Shown piece by piece: positions 29,117-37,062 of a stretch of 64,000 nucleotides of DNA. Position 1 is the first letter of the stretch; the number at the start of each line of letters is the position of its first letter. Made by a program: the position numbers and the translations under genes. The notes beneath the pieces are model-generated. The model was not told the origin of the DNA. It searched no databases and was given only the letters and a program-made list of their open reading frames with translations. This stretch comes from an uncultured bacterium (GTDB lineage Bacteria; Krumholzibacteriota; Krumholzibacteriia; LZORAL124-64-63): assembly GCA_963727525.1 (NCBI GenBank), contig CAVSGO010000003.1, positions 384,001 through 448,000 of the forward strand, written 5' to 3'.

Positions 29117-30588
29117 GGCGACTCCGGGGCCTGGTCGAGCCAGCCGCCGGTGAAGCCGGCCCGCCGCAGACCACGCACCACGGCGGCATCGCGTCGCATG
29201 ACGCGCCACACCAGTCCGCTGCGCGCGTTCTCGATCATGGCAACGATGGGGCCCTGGTCGATGCCGAGGTAGTCGGTGTCATACCAGCCGTGGCCGGGAA
29301 ACACGTGGCCGTGCTGCACGGGCTCGGCGAGGTCGAAGGTGGGGTTGAGGGCGTCGCGGAAGCCGTACTCACCGAAGAGACGGTTGCCGTGGTCCTCGCG
29401 CATGGCCATCAGGGTGGGCGCCACGAGATCCGGCGCGAAGGGCAGCGAGGCCACGGCCGCTGACGGGCACACGGTGCCATCGTCGTTGATTCCCGTGAAC
29501 GACGCGCCGCGCGCCCAGTAGGTCTGGAACTCGCGCTCCTTGCCGTCGATGGTGAAGGTGCCGCTCACCGGACCATCGCACGCCGTCAGGCCCCAGAGCC
29601 GCGGTCCGTATCCGCGCCAGAGCGAAGGGTTGTGCTGGGCGTAGGCATACTGCGAGAGCACGGCGCGCCGCGAGTTCTCGAAGTAGTCGAGGCCGTGGGC
29701 GCGCATGGGCGCATCCTGGATCCCGCGCAGGTCCACCCATACGTGGGTGTACTGATGTCCGAAGAGGGGCGCGAAGCCGAGCTGTTCCTGCCCCTCGAAG
29801 GAGCCCCACTTGTAGGTGCGGGTCCACGCGTCCCAGGCGCTGGATTCCACGGGGTGGGTGGGCGAGCCCAGAGCGAGGATGTACAGCAGCATGGCCTCGT
29901 TGTAGCCGCCCCAATCGTAGGGCAGAGGGCCATGCTGCGGATCCCAGCCGTGGCCGATGAGCGGCGGGCGCACCGACGCCCACTCCCAGTCGACGCGGAA
30001 ATAGAGCGAGTCGGCCAGGGCGCCGATGCTGTCCTCCGTCGCGCCGCCCTGGTCGAAGTACCCCTTGCAGAAGAGCGCCCCGGCCAGCAGCAGGGCGGTG
30101 TCGACCGTGGACAGTTCCACTGTCTCGAAGCGCGCGCCCGTGGCCGGTTCGAGGAAGTGGTAGAAGAACCCGTGGGCGCCGATCATGCCCGCCGGATCGG
30201 GACCCTGAGGGGCGGTCCAGAGGAAATGCAGGGTTTGCAGGGAGCGCCGGGCGGCCGCCTCGCGGGTGACCCAGCCGTGCTCGCATCCGATCGGATAACT
30301 CGTCAAGGCAAAGCCGGTTGCCGCCACGCTGGCGAAAGAGTGGGTGGGGGCGCGATCGGGCGCCAGGCCCGTTTGGGGGTTGCAGAGGTCCCAGAAATAG
30401 CGGAAAGTCCGGAGTTGCAGGGTATCGATGAAAGCGGTTTCATTGGTTGAAAAAGAAAATCCGGATGCGGCTTCCCTGGCCCGGTCCCGGCAGCCGGACA
30501 CGCCGACCAGCGCGACCGCGCAGAGCGCGATCGACCAGGCCGTGATCACCCGGGTAAGAAGCCGACGATAGCCGATTCGGGGAGCCAT
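29113..30588 (-). CDS. GH144-like (DUF3131/glucoamylase family) putative beta-1,2-glucanase, lipoprotein
   Basis: TFRYFW, GLAPDR, SVAATGF, GFFYHFL, ELSTVDT, GYNEAM, LFGHQYTH, YFENSRRA, LGIDQGP; VSG-C lipobox. Confidence 0.9.
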   Translation of the reverse strand: MAPRIGYRRLLTRVITAWSIALCAVALVGVSGCRDRAREAASGFSFSTNETAFIDTLQLRTFRYFWDLCNPQTGLAPDRAPTHSFASVAATGFALTSYPIGCEHGWVTREAAARRSLQTLHFLWTAPQGPDPAGMIGAHGFFYHFLEPATGARFETVELSTVDTALLLAGALFCKGYFDQGGATEDSIGALADSLYFRVDWEWASVRPPLIGHGWDPQHGPLPYDWGGYNEAMLLYILALGSPTHPVESSAWDAWTRTYKWGSFEGQEQLGFAPLFGHQYTHVWVDLRGIQDAPMRAHGLDYFENSRRAVLSQYAYAQHNPSLWRGYGPRLWGLTACDGPVSGTFTIDGKEREFQTYWARGASFTGINDDGTVCPSAAVASLPFAPDLVAPTLMAMREDHGNRLFGEYGFRDALNPTFDLAEPVQHGHVFPGHGWYDTDYLGIDQGPIVAMIENARSGLVWRVMRRDAAVVRGLRRAGFTGGWLDQAPESP

Positions 30589-30638
30589 GCGCTGATTATA
30601 GGGAGGCCCCCCGCCGACGCAACCGAAAACGAGGGTTC

Positions 30639-31574
30639 ATGCCCAAGGGGTTCCCACCCAGGCAATCCGCACCTTCCCGACGCCGGACCTGGCTCCTCGT
30701 CCGTATCGCCATCTATCTCGTGGTCGTGGCCGTCCTCTTCTCCGTGAGAGGTCACGTGTCGTGGCGGCGCTTCCTTCACCTGGTGCAGACGCCGTCGACG
30801 AACAGCCTCACGGTGATCGGCCGTTCCCTCGCTCCGGATCTCGTCGACCGCCTCGTGCTCTCGTACCGCAGCAGCTATCCCGGGGTCACCATCCGGATCC
30901 AGACCGGCGGCTCGAACCGGGCACTCGAGGCCGTGGCCAACGGCGAGGCCGACGTGGCCTTCCTGTCGCGGCCCGTCACGGCCGACGAGCAGACATACCT
31001 GCGCAGCGTGAAGAACGACACCGTGGTGGCGGTGCCCATAGCCGTCGAGGCGATCGAGCTGCTCGTCGGTGCAGCCTGTGACACGGCGCCGGTCACGGTG
31101 GACGCGGTGCGCGCGATCGTCGTTGCGGGTTCCCGCACCGTGTACCTGCCTGATCCCAACGAGGGGCTCTGGGACGCACTGCGCGCGCGGCTCGACCTTG
31201 CCGAACCCGACCCGCCGGCGGGATCGCCGGTGGTGTTCCTGGCCGATGAGGCCGCGGTCGTGGGCGCCGTGGTCGCCGATTCCACGGCCTGGGGCTTCGT
31301 CAGTGCGCTCGCCAGCGATCCGGGGGACCTCACGCGCCTGCGCGTGGGACCCGCCGCGGCCGCGCCGACCTATACGGCCGTGGCCACCGGCGACTACCCG
31401 CTGTACCAGCGGCTCTACGCCGTATGCCTCGCTGACGGCAGCATCGAGGCGCGCAAGTTCGTCACCCACCTGGCCAGCCCGCGCGGCCTGCGCCAGGTGG
31501 AGCGCGCCGGCGTCGTGCCGGCGGCCCAGACTGCGCGCACGATCATCCTGACCCGCGAACCGGTGGGGCACTGA
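30639..31574 (+). CDS. PstS-like periplasmic binding-fold protein with N-terminal membrane anchor
   Basis: QTGGSNRALEAV...DVAFLSR, IAVEAI, GDYPLYQRLY. Confidence 0.75.
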   Translation: MPKGFPPRQSAPSRRRTWLLVRIAIYLVVVAVLFSVRGHVSWRRFLHLVQTPSTNSLTVIGRSLAPDLVDRLVLSYRSSYPGVTIRIQTGGSNRALEAVANGEADVAFLSRPVTADEQTYLRSVKNDTVVAVPIAVEAIELLVGAACDTAPVTVDAVRAIVVAGSRTVYLPDPNEGLWDALRARLDLAEPDPPAGSPVVFLADEAAVVGAVVADSTAWGFVSALASDPGDLTRLRVGPAAAAPTYTAVATGDYPLYQRLYAVCLADGSIEARKFVTHLASPRGLRQVERAGVVPAAQTARTIILTREPVGH

Positions 31575-31575
31575 T

Positions 31576-33387
31576 ATGACCATGTTCCGCAGCATCGTTC
31601 TCATTGCCGTGTTCATCGTGGTGTTCGGCGTCGGCCTCGCCAGGGCGGCCGACCACCCCGCCTACACCATGGATACGGATCCCATCCGCCTGGGCAACCA
31701 GGCCTTCGCGGCCGGCCAGCTCGATGAGGCGCGTGCCCGCTACCAGGAAGCCATCGCCGCCGACTACCACCTCGACGCGGCCCACCTCGGCCTGGCCTGG
31801 GTGCAGGCGCGACTCGGAAAGTATCAGGCCGCTCTGGCGGACTACCAGCAGGCGCTGGCGGCTGGCGGTGCGCAGCCCGAAGCCCACGCGGGAATGGGAC
31901 TCATCCTGCTGCGCCTGGGCGACAGCGCCCGCGCGCGCGAACAGTTCGAAAAGGCGCTCGCCGTCGACAAGAAGCTGTTCGCCGCCCACTACGGTCTGGC
32001 GCTCCTGGCGATCGCGGCAAAGGACTGGGACGCCGCCCGCGCGCAGCTCGAGCGGGGCAAGCGGCCCAAGGGCGAGCCGGCACTCGAGGCGCGCTACCAT
32101 CACGCGCAGGCGCTCATCCTGCAGGGCACCGGGGATTCCGACGCCGCGCTCACCGAGGCCTTGCGCGCGTCCACTCTCGACCCCACCGATCCCGACTTCG
32201 TCACCCTCGTGGCCCAGCTCTACGCCGCGCAGGGCACGGCATCGCTGGCGCTCAGCACTTACGAACAGGCCCTGGCCACGCCCGGCATGCAGCCCACGGC
32301 GTCGCTGCTCGATGAGATGGGGCGACTGTACGAGAAGCAGCAGCTCTACAACGAGGCCAGCGCGCACTATCTGCAAGCCGTGCAGCTCGACTCCACCTAC
32401 GCGCCGGCCCTGAAGGACCTGGCCGACCTCTACCAGCGCGCCGATCGCGACGAGCTCGCTGCCCGCACCGCCCTGCGCTACGTCGCCCTGGTGCCCGACA
32501 ACGTGGCCATGTGGGAGCAACTCGCGAACATCATGGGCAACCTCGGCCGCTGGCACGAATCACTCGACGCCGCGCGCCACGCGCGCGAGCTGGCGCCCGA
32601 CAGCGAGACCGCCCGCTTCGCGTTCGCGCGCGCCGGCCTGCACGGCGATGACGCCACGGCTAAGAACGAGGCCGCGCAGGTCATGGCCGCGCTGCCGGAT
32701 TCCTTACCCTGGGAAGCCGACGACCTCGTGCAGCTCGCAGCCTGGCAGGCGCAGGAGAAGAACTGGTCGGCCGCCCGCGCCACGCTCGCGCGCGCGGCCG
32801 CGATGGCGCCTGATCTGGCCGCCGTGCCATTCCAGCAAGGCCTCGTCGAGCTGAAGGCCGGCCGGGCCGACGCTGCCGTGCCATTCTTCCAGCGCGCCGT
32901 GGTGCTGGGGCCGGATTCGCCTGCCAACCAGCTCAATCTCGGCATCGCCTACTACCAGGCCGGCAAGATCCGCGACGCCATCGCGCCTTTTCGCCGTGCG
33001 GTGGCGTTGCGCGACGACCTCACCATGGGCCGTCTGCTGCTGGCACAGGCGCTCGCGGTCTCCGACTCGCTCACTGCCGCGCAGCACGAGTATACCCTCG
33101 TGCTCGCGCAGGATCCGGAGAACACCAAGGCCCTGCGCGGCCTCGGCTTCTGCCAGCTCCGCGGCGCGAGGTATCAGGCGGCTGCCGACGCGTACAAGGA
33201 GGCCGCCGAGGCGGAGCCCGACAACGCCGACGCCTGGGCCGGCCTGGGCAGCGCCTATCTCGGACTCGGCCGGCTCGAAGACGCCGAACGCGCTTTCACG
33301 AAGGCGCGCGCCATCGATCCTCGCAATGTCATGCTCGTCAAGGGAACCGAACTTCTGAACCAGGCCCGTACTGCCGGGAAGGAGTAG
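31576..33387 (+). CDS. Secreted tetratricopeptide repeat protein
   Basis: Signal peptide; many TPR units (AHLGLA, NLGIAYY, AWAGLGSAY). Confidence 0.9.
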   Translation: MTMFRSIVLIAVFIVVFGVGLARAADHPAYTMDTDPIRLGNQAFAAGQLDEARARYQEAIAADYHLDAAHLGLAWVQARLGKYQAALADYQQALAAGGAQPEAHAGMGLILLRLGDSARAREQFEKALAVDKKLFAAHYGLALLAIAAKDWDAARAQLERGKRPKGEPALEARYHHAQALILQGTGDSDAALTEALRASTLDPTDPDFVTLVAQLYAAQGTASLALSTYEQALATPGMQPTASLLDEMGRLYEKQQLYNEASAHYLQAVQLDSTYAPALKDLADLYQRADRDELAARTALRYVALVPDNVAMWEQLANIMGNLGRWHESLDAARHARELAPDSETARFAFARAGLHGDDATAKNEAAQVMAALPDSLPWEADDLVQLAAWQAQEKNWSAARATLARAAAMAPDLAAVPFQQGLVELKAGRADAAVPFFQRAVVLGPDSPANQLNLGIAYYQAGKIRDAIAPFRRAVALRDDLTMGRLLLAQALAVSDSLTAAQHEYTLVLAQDPENTKALRGLGFCQLRGARYQAAADAYKEAAEAEPDNADAWAGLGSAYLGLGRLEDAERAFTKARAIDPRNVMLVKGTELLNQARTAGKE

Positions 33388-33395
33388 CCGTCGCA

Positions 33396-34112
33396 ATGAA
33401 GAACTACGTGCTCATTCCGATCATCGTCGTCTCGCTGGTGGTCTCTTGGTACATCTGGCAACATACGCCGGAGTACATCCACCGCGGAGGTCCGCTGCTC
33501 ATTCTCGGTCTCACGTTCCTGTTCCTGGCGCTCACCTTCGCCGTCGAGCGTTTCATCGTGCTCTGGCGCGCCGGCGGTCGCGGCAACGTGCAGAGCTTCA
33601 TCAAGAACGTGAAGACGTCGGTGCACGGCGGCGATCTCGGCGCGGCCATCGAGGCGTGCAAGAAGCAGGGCGGCAGCCTGGCCAACGTCATCGGCGCCGG
33701 CCTCGAGCATCACCGTCAGCAGAAGGCTAAGGCGATGCCCGAGAAGGATCTTCTGGATGAGACCCGCCGCGCCCTGCAGGAGGCGAGCGCACTGGAGAGC
33801 CCGAACCTGGAACAGAACCTCACGGCGCTGTCGACCATCGCCTCCATCGCGACCTTGCTCGGTTTGCTGGGCACCACGATCGGCATGATCCGCTCGTTCC
33901 AGGCCATGTCGCACGCCGGGGCGCCCGATGCCACGCAGCTCGCGCTGGGCATCAGCGAGGCGCTGGTGAACACGGCGCTCGGTCTGACCACCGCGATCAT
34001 CGCCACCGTGCTCTACAACTACTTCACCACCAAGGTCGACGCCTTCAACAACCGGGTGGAGGAGACGTCGTACGAGGTCCTGAAGCTGCTCGACCACGAG
34101 CAGGGGGCGTAG
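33396..34112 (+). CDS. exbB: ExbB/TolQ/MotA proton channel
   Basis: LSTIASIATLLGLLGTTIGMIRSF, GISEALVNTALGL. Confidence 0.93.
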   Translation: MKNYVLIPIIVVSLVVSWYIWQHTPEYIHRGGPLLILGLTFLFLALTFAVERFIVLWRAGGRGNVQSFIKNVKTSVHGGDLGAAIEACKKQGGSLANVIGAGLEHHRQQKAKAMPEKDLLDETRRALQEASALESPNLEQNLTALSTIASIATLLGLLGTTIGMIRSFQAMSHAGAPDATQLALGISEALVNTALGLTTAIIATVLYNYFTTKVDAFNNRVEETSYEVLKLLDHEQGA

Positions 34113-34115
34113 GCG

Positions 34116-34589
34116 GTGACGCGCCGCACGCGGGTCAGGGTCGACATGACGCCCATGGTGGACGTGGCGTTCCTGCTCCTCATCTTCTTCATGACCACGA
34201 CCCAGTTCAAACCACCGGAGCAGGTGGCGGTGCAGCTGCCGCTGTCCAGATCCGAGATCCACGTGCCCGAGACCGGCACCATCATCCTGACGGTGAACCA
34301 GACGGGGCAGATCTTCATCTCCAGCGCAAAGGGCAGCGACATCCAGGAGCTGGCGCCGGACAACGTGCTCGCGGCCATCGTCGATTGGCGCAGTTACAAC
34401 CCGGACGCCGTCGTCGTCGTGAAGGGCGACAAGGACGCGCCGTTCGGCGTGATGGCCGATCTCATGGACGATCTGGCCAAGGCGAAGACCCTGCGATTCA
34501 ACCTGATGACGGACCTGAAGAAACGCACGCAGCGCGGTCCGGCCGCGGCGCAACTGCCGGAGCCGTCCGCGGCCCCGCAGGCGCAGTAG
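34116..34589 (+). CDS. exbD: ExbD/TolR
   Basis: DMTPMVDVAFLLLIFFM, VKGDKDA. Confidence 0.93.
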   Translation: MTRRTRVRVDMTPMVDVAFLLLIFFMTTTQFKPPEQVAVQLPLSRSEIHVPETGTIILTVNQTGQIFISSAKGSDIQELAPDNVLAAIVDWRSYNPDAVVVVKGDKDAPFGVMADLMDDLAKAKTLRFNLMTDLKKRTQRGPAAAQLPEPSAAPQAQ

Positions 34590-34601
34590 AGGAGGGCGAA
34601 C

Positions 34602-35096
34602 ATGTCTGACGTTGCCGCACCTGAACCCCAGGCCCAGCGCCCGGGTTTGCTGGGGCACAAGAAGAGCAAGCGAGTGGGCGTGCGTGTGGACATGACGCCC
34701 ATGGTCGATGTCGCCTTCCTGCTGCTGATCTTCTTCATGGTCACCACCGTGTTTCGCCAGCCGCTGGCAATGGAGATCAACCTGCCGGAGCCCGGCGCCA
34801 CGACCACCGTACCCGAGTCGAACGTCATGACGATCTACGTCGACCGGAACGAGTCGCTGTACGTGAAGCAGGGAAAGAATCCCATCGAGACCACGACGTG
34901 GGATCAGCTCGAGCATCTCTTTCTCGAGGCCACCGCCATGAATCCTCAGCTCATCATCCTGGTGAAGATCAGCCGCGGCGCCCGCTATGAACCGATGGTG
35001 GACATGATGGACACGCTCGAGGACGCCGACATGCAGCGCTTCAGTCTGGTGCCGATGAGCGACGCGGACGAGAAGCGGATCGAGGGGGTGCAATGA
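34602..35096 (+). CDS. exbD: ExbD/TolR (second copy)
   Basis: DMTPMVDVAFLLLIFFMVTT. Confidence 0.93.
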   Translation: MSDVAAPEPQAQRPGLLGHKKSKRVGVRVDMTPMVDVAFLLLIFFMVTTVFRQPLAMEINLPEPGATTTVPESNVMTIYVDRNESLYVKQGKNPIETTTWDQLEHLFLEATAMNPQLIILVKISRGARYEPMVDMMDTLEDADMQRFSLVPMSDADEKRIEGVQ

Positions 35097-35872
35097 GCAA
35101 CGTTCCGCACATTCCGTGGGCATACCACCTGGAGAACGCTCCGCAGCTTCCGTTGACGGGCGATGCCCATCCCTTGCGCCGCGAGTTCGCGCGCTGGCTG
35201 CTCTGGGCATGCGGCATCACACTCGCCGTGCTGCTCGCGATCTTCCTGTTCTACCAGTGGTGGACGCATCGCACGCCCGCGACGGCGCCTGTCATGCGCA
35301 CCGTGAAGATCATGCGCTACACCGATCTCGGTGTGCCGCCGTCCATCGCCAAGCCCGCCGTGCCGCAGATCAACGTGGCGCAGGAGGTGGCGAAGATCGC
35401 TGCGCCGCCGCCCAGGATCGCGGTGCCCGAGCCGGTGCCCGACGAGCAGGCCCAGACGCCCACCATCGCCACCCAGACGGAGATGTCGGAGGCACTCGAG
35501 CCGATCACCGTGCAGGACATGAGCACCGGCGACGGTACGGGCGACTCGCTCGTGGTCGACCAGAACATCGACACCTCCCCAGCGCCCTTCGATTTCGTGG
35601 CCGTGGAGCAGGAGCCGGAGCGCGTGCACATCGATCCGACGGTGTACCCCGACGTGGCCAAGAAGGCCGGCATCGAGGGCACGGTGACGATTCGCGTGCT
35701 CGTGGGCAAAGACGGCAAGGTGAAGGACGCCCTCTACATCGACGGCCCCGAAGCCCTCAAGGACGCCGCCGAGAAGACCGCCCGCAGCGCCGTCTTCCGC
35801 CCGGCCATGCAGGAGCACAAACCGGTGGAGGTGTGGGTCATGGTACCGGTGGTATTCCGGCTCAGGAACTAG
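35093..35872 (+). CDS. tonB: Energy transducer TonB
   Basis: TM helix, Pro-rich linker, YPDVAKKAGIEGTV...FRPA...PVVFRL. Confidence 0.92.
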   Translation: MSNVPHIPWAYHLENAPQLPLTGDAHPLRREFARWLLWACGITLAVLLAIFLFYQWWTHRTPATAPVMRTVKIMRYTDLGVPPSIAKPAVPQINVAQEVAKIAAPPPRIAVPEPVPDEQAQTPTIATQTEMSEALEPITVQDMSTGDGTGDSLVVDQNIDTSPAPFDFVAVEQEPERVHIDPTVYPDVAKKAGIEGTVTIRVLVGKDGKVKDALYIDGPEALKDAAEKTARSAVFRPAMQEHKPVEVWVMVPVVFRLRN

Positions 35873-36180
35873 CACGTATCGCGCGCCCCGGAGGCGCCGA
35901 TCCGCCGCACGTACCGGTCACAGCATGGCTCCGTGAGGGTAATGTCGCGGTGCGAAACTGCGCCGTGGAGGTCCTTCGCCTTGTGCTGGAGCGAAACGAG
36001 CTCATGGTTTTTTCGGGAGGGATATCTTCTCGGCGGCAGTAAACCCGCGAGCGCTAATTCACGACGCCGATCTCGTGGCAGATTGAGTTTTGTGTAGGCA
36101 CAGCCGTTGTTTTCGCTTCCCCCGCTGGAGTATGATCGTCCCGACCGTGGACGTTCATTCGGGCCGAGGGAGGCTGAACC

Positions 36181-36701
36181 ATGCCACGTATCACCACGGG
36201 GATTCTCCTCGCCAGCGTGCTCGTGCTGGCTCTACCCAACACCACCCAGGCCATCTGCGAAGATGTGGAGAATGGGATCGGTGTGTATTTCGATACGCCG
36301 ACTTACGAGGTGAACTGCCTGGCCTCACCGCCGGTGTCGACTCAGTTCTCGATGTACTTCGTGCTGCGAAATTGCACGTTCAGCGAGATCCGCGCCTACG
36401 AGTTCGCCTGGCGCTTCTCGCCGGAGCCGCAGGGCGACTTGTTGAGCCTGGGATGCGTCCCCGCGTGCAGGATCGACTTCCCCGATTGCGACAATCTCAT
36501 CAGCGGTTGCCCGACACCCTTGCCCACCGCGGGACCTGCCCTGCTGATGCGGGTCGAACTCTCGGCGGTGGTTCCGATCGGTGATACGTATGTCCAGGTC
36601 GGGCCGACGACTCCGGCGTCGCCGTGATGGGAGTCCCAGATTGCGACAATGTCGCCGCACAGCCGAGTACCTGGAGTGCGATCAAGTCGCTCTATCGGTA
36701 A
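36181..36701 (+). pseudogene. Secreted W-motif protein with a frameshift or internal deletion near 36620
   Basis: ORF 36181-36627 has a signal peptide and IGVYFD; another frame continues VAVMGVPDCDNVAAQPSTWSAIKSLYR-TAA (36699-36701). Confidence 0.65.
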
Positions 36702-36710
36702 CGCGGGGCG

Positions 36711-36809
36711 TCACGGGAAGATCTCGGCGAAGAAGTCCTACATGAGTTGGCGGGAGCGGTGGTCGGCCTCGGCGTTGTAGGCGGCGCCCTTGCTGGGGTC
36801 GTTGCCGGC
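36711..36809 (-). pseudogene. C-terminal remnant of a dienelactone hydrolase family gene
   Basis: Minus strand reads AGNDPSKGAAYNAEADHRSRQLM*DFFAEIFP* (in-frame TAG at 36738-36740). Confidence 0.65.
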
Positions 36810-37062
36810 GTGGCGCTGGACGCGCCGTGAAGACGGTGAAGATCCCCTGGCGCAGCATCGGCCGCACGCTCACGCTCGGGCGCGACGACGGCCTGACCAT
36901 CCATCCGCACCCGGCGATATCTTCGTCTCAGAACGACAACGGATTTCAGTATAAACACGCAACAAAACGACTCACATTAATAATTCGGCCGCAAAGTGGT
37001 ATGCCTTGCAGGTTGAGATGCCGTCCGCACACCATCCTCTCACCCGACCTGGGAGGTCCCCC

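Noticed and set aside
36625-36627. TGA as selenocysteine or readthrough in 36181-36627
   Set aside because: The conserved tail continues in a different frame, so this is a frameshift or deletion.
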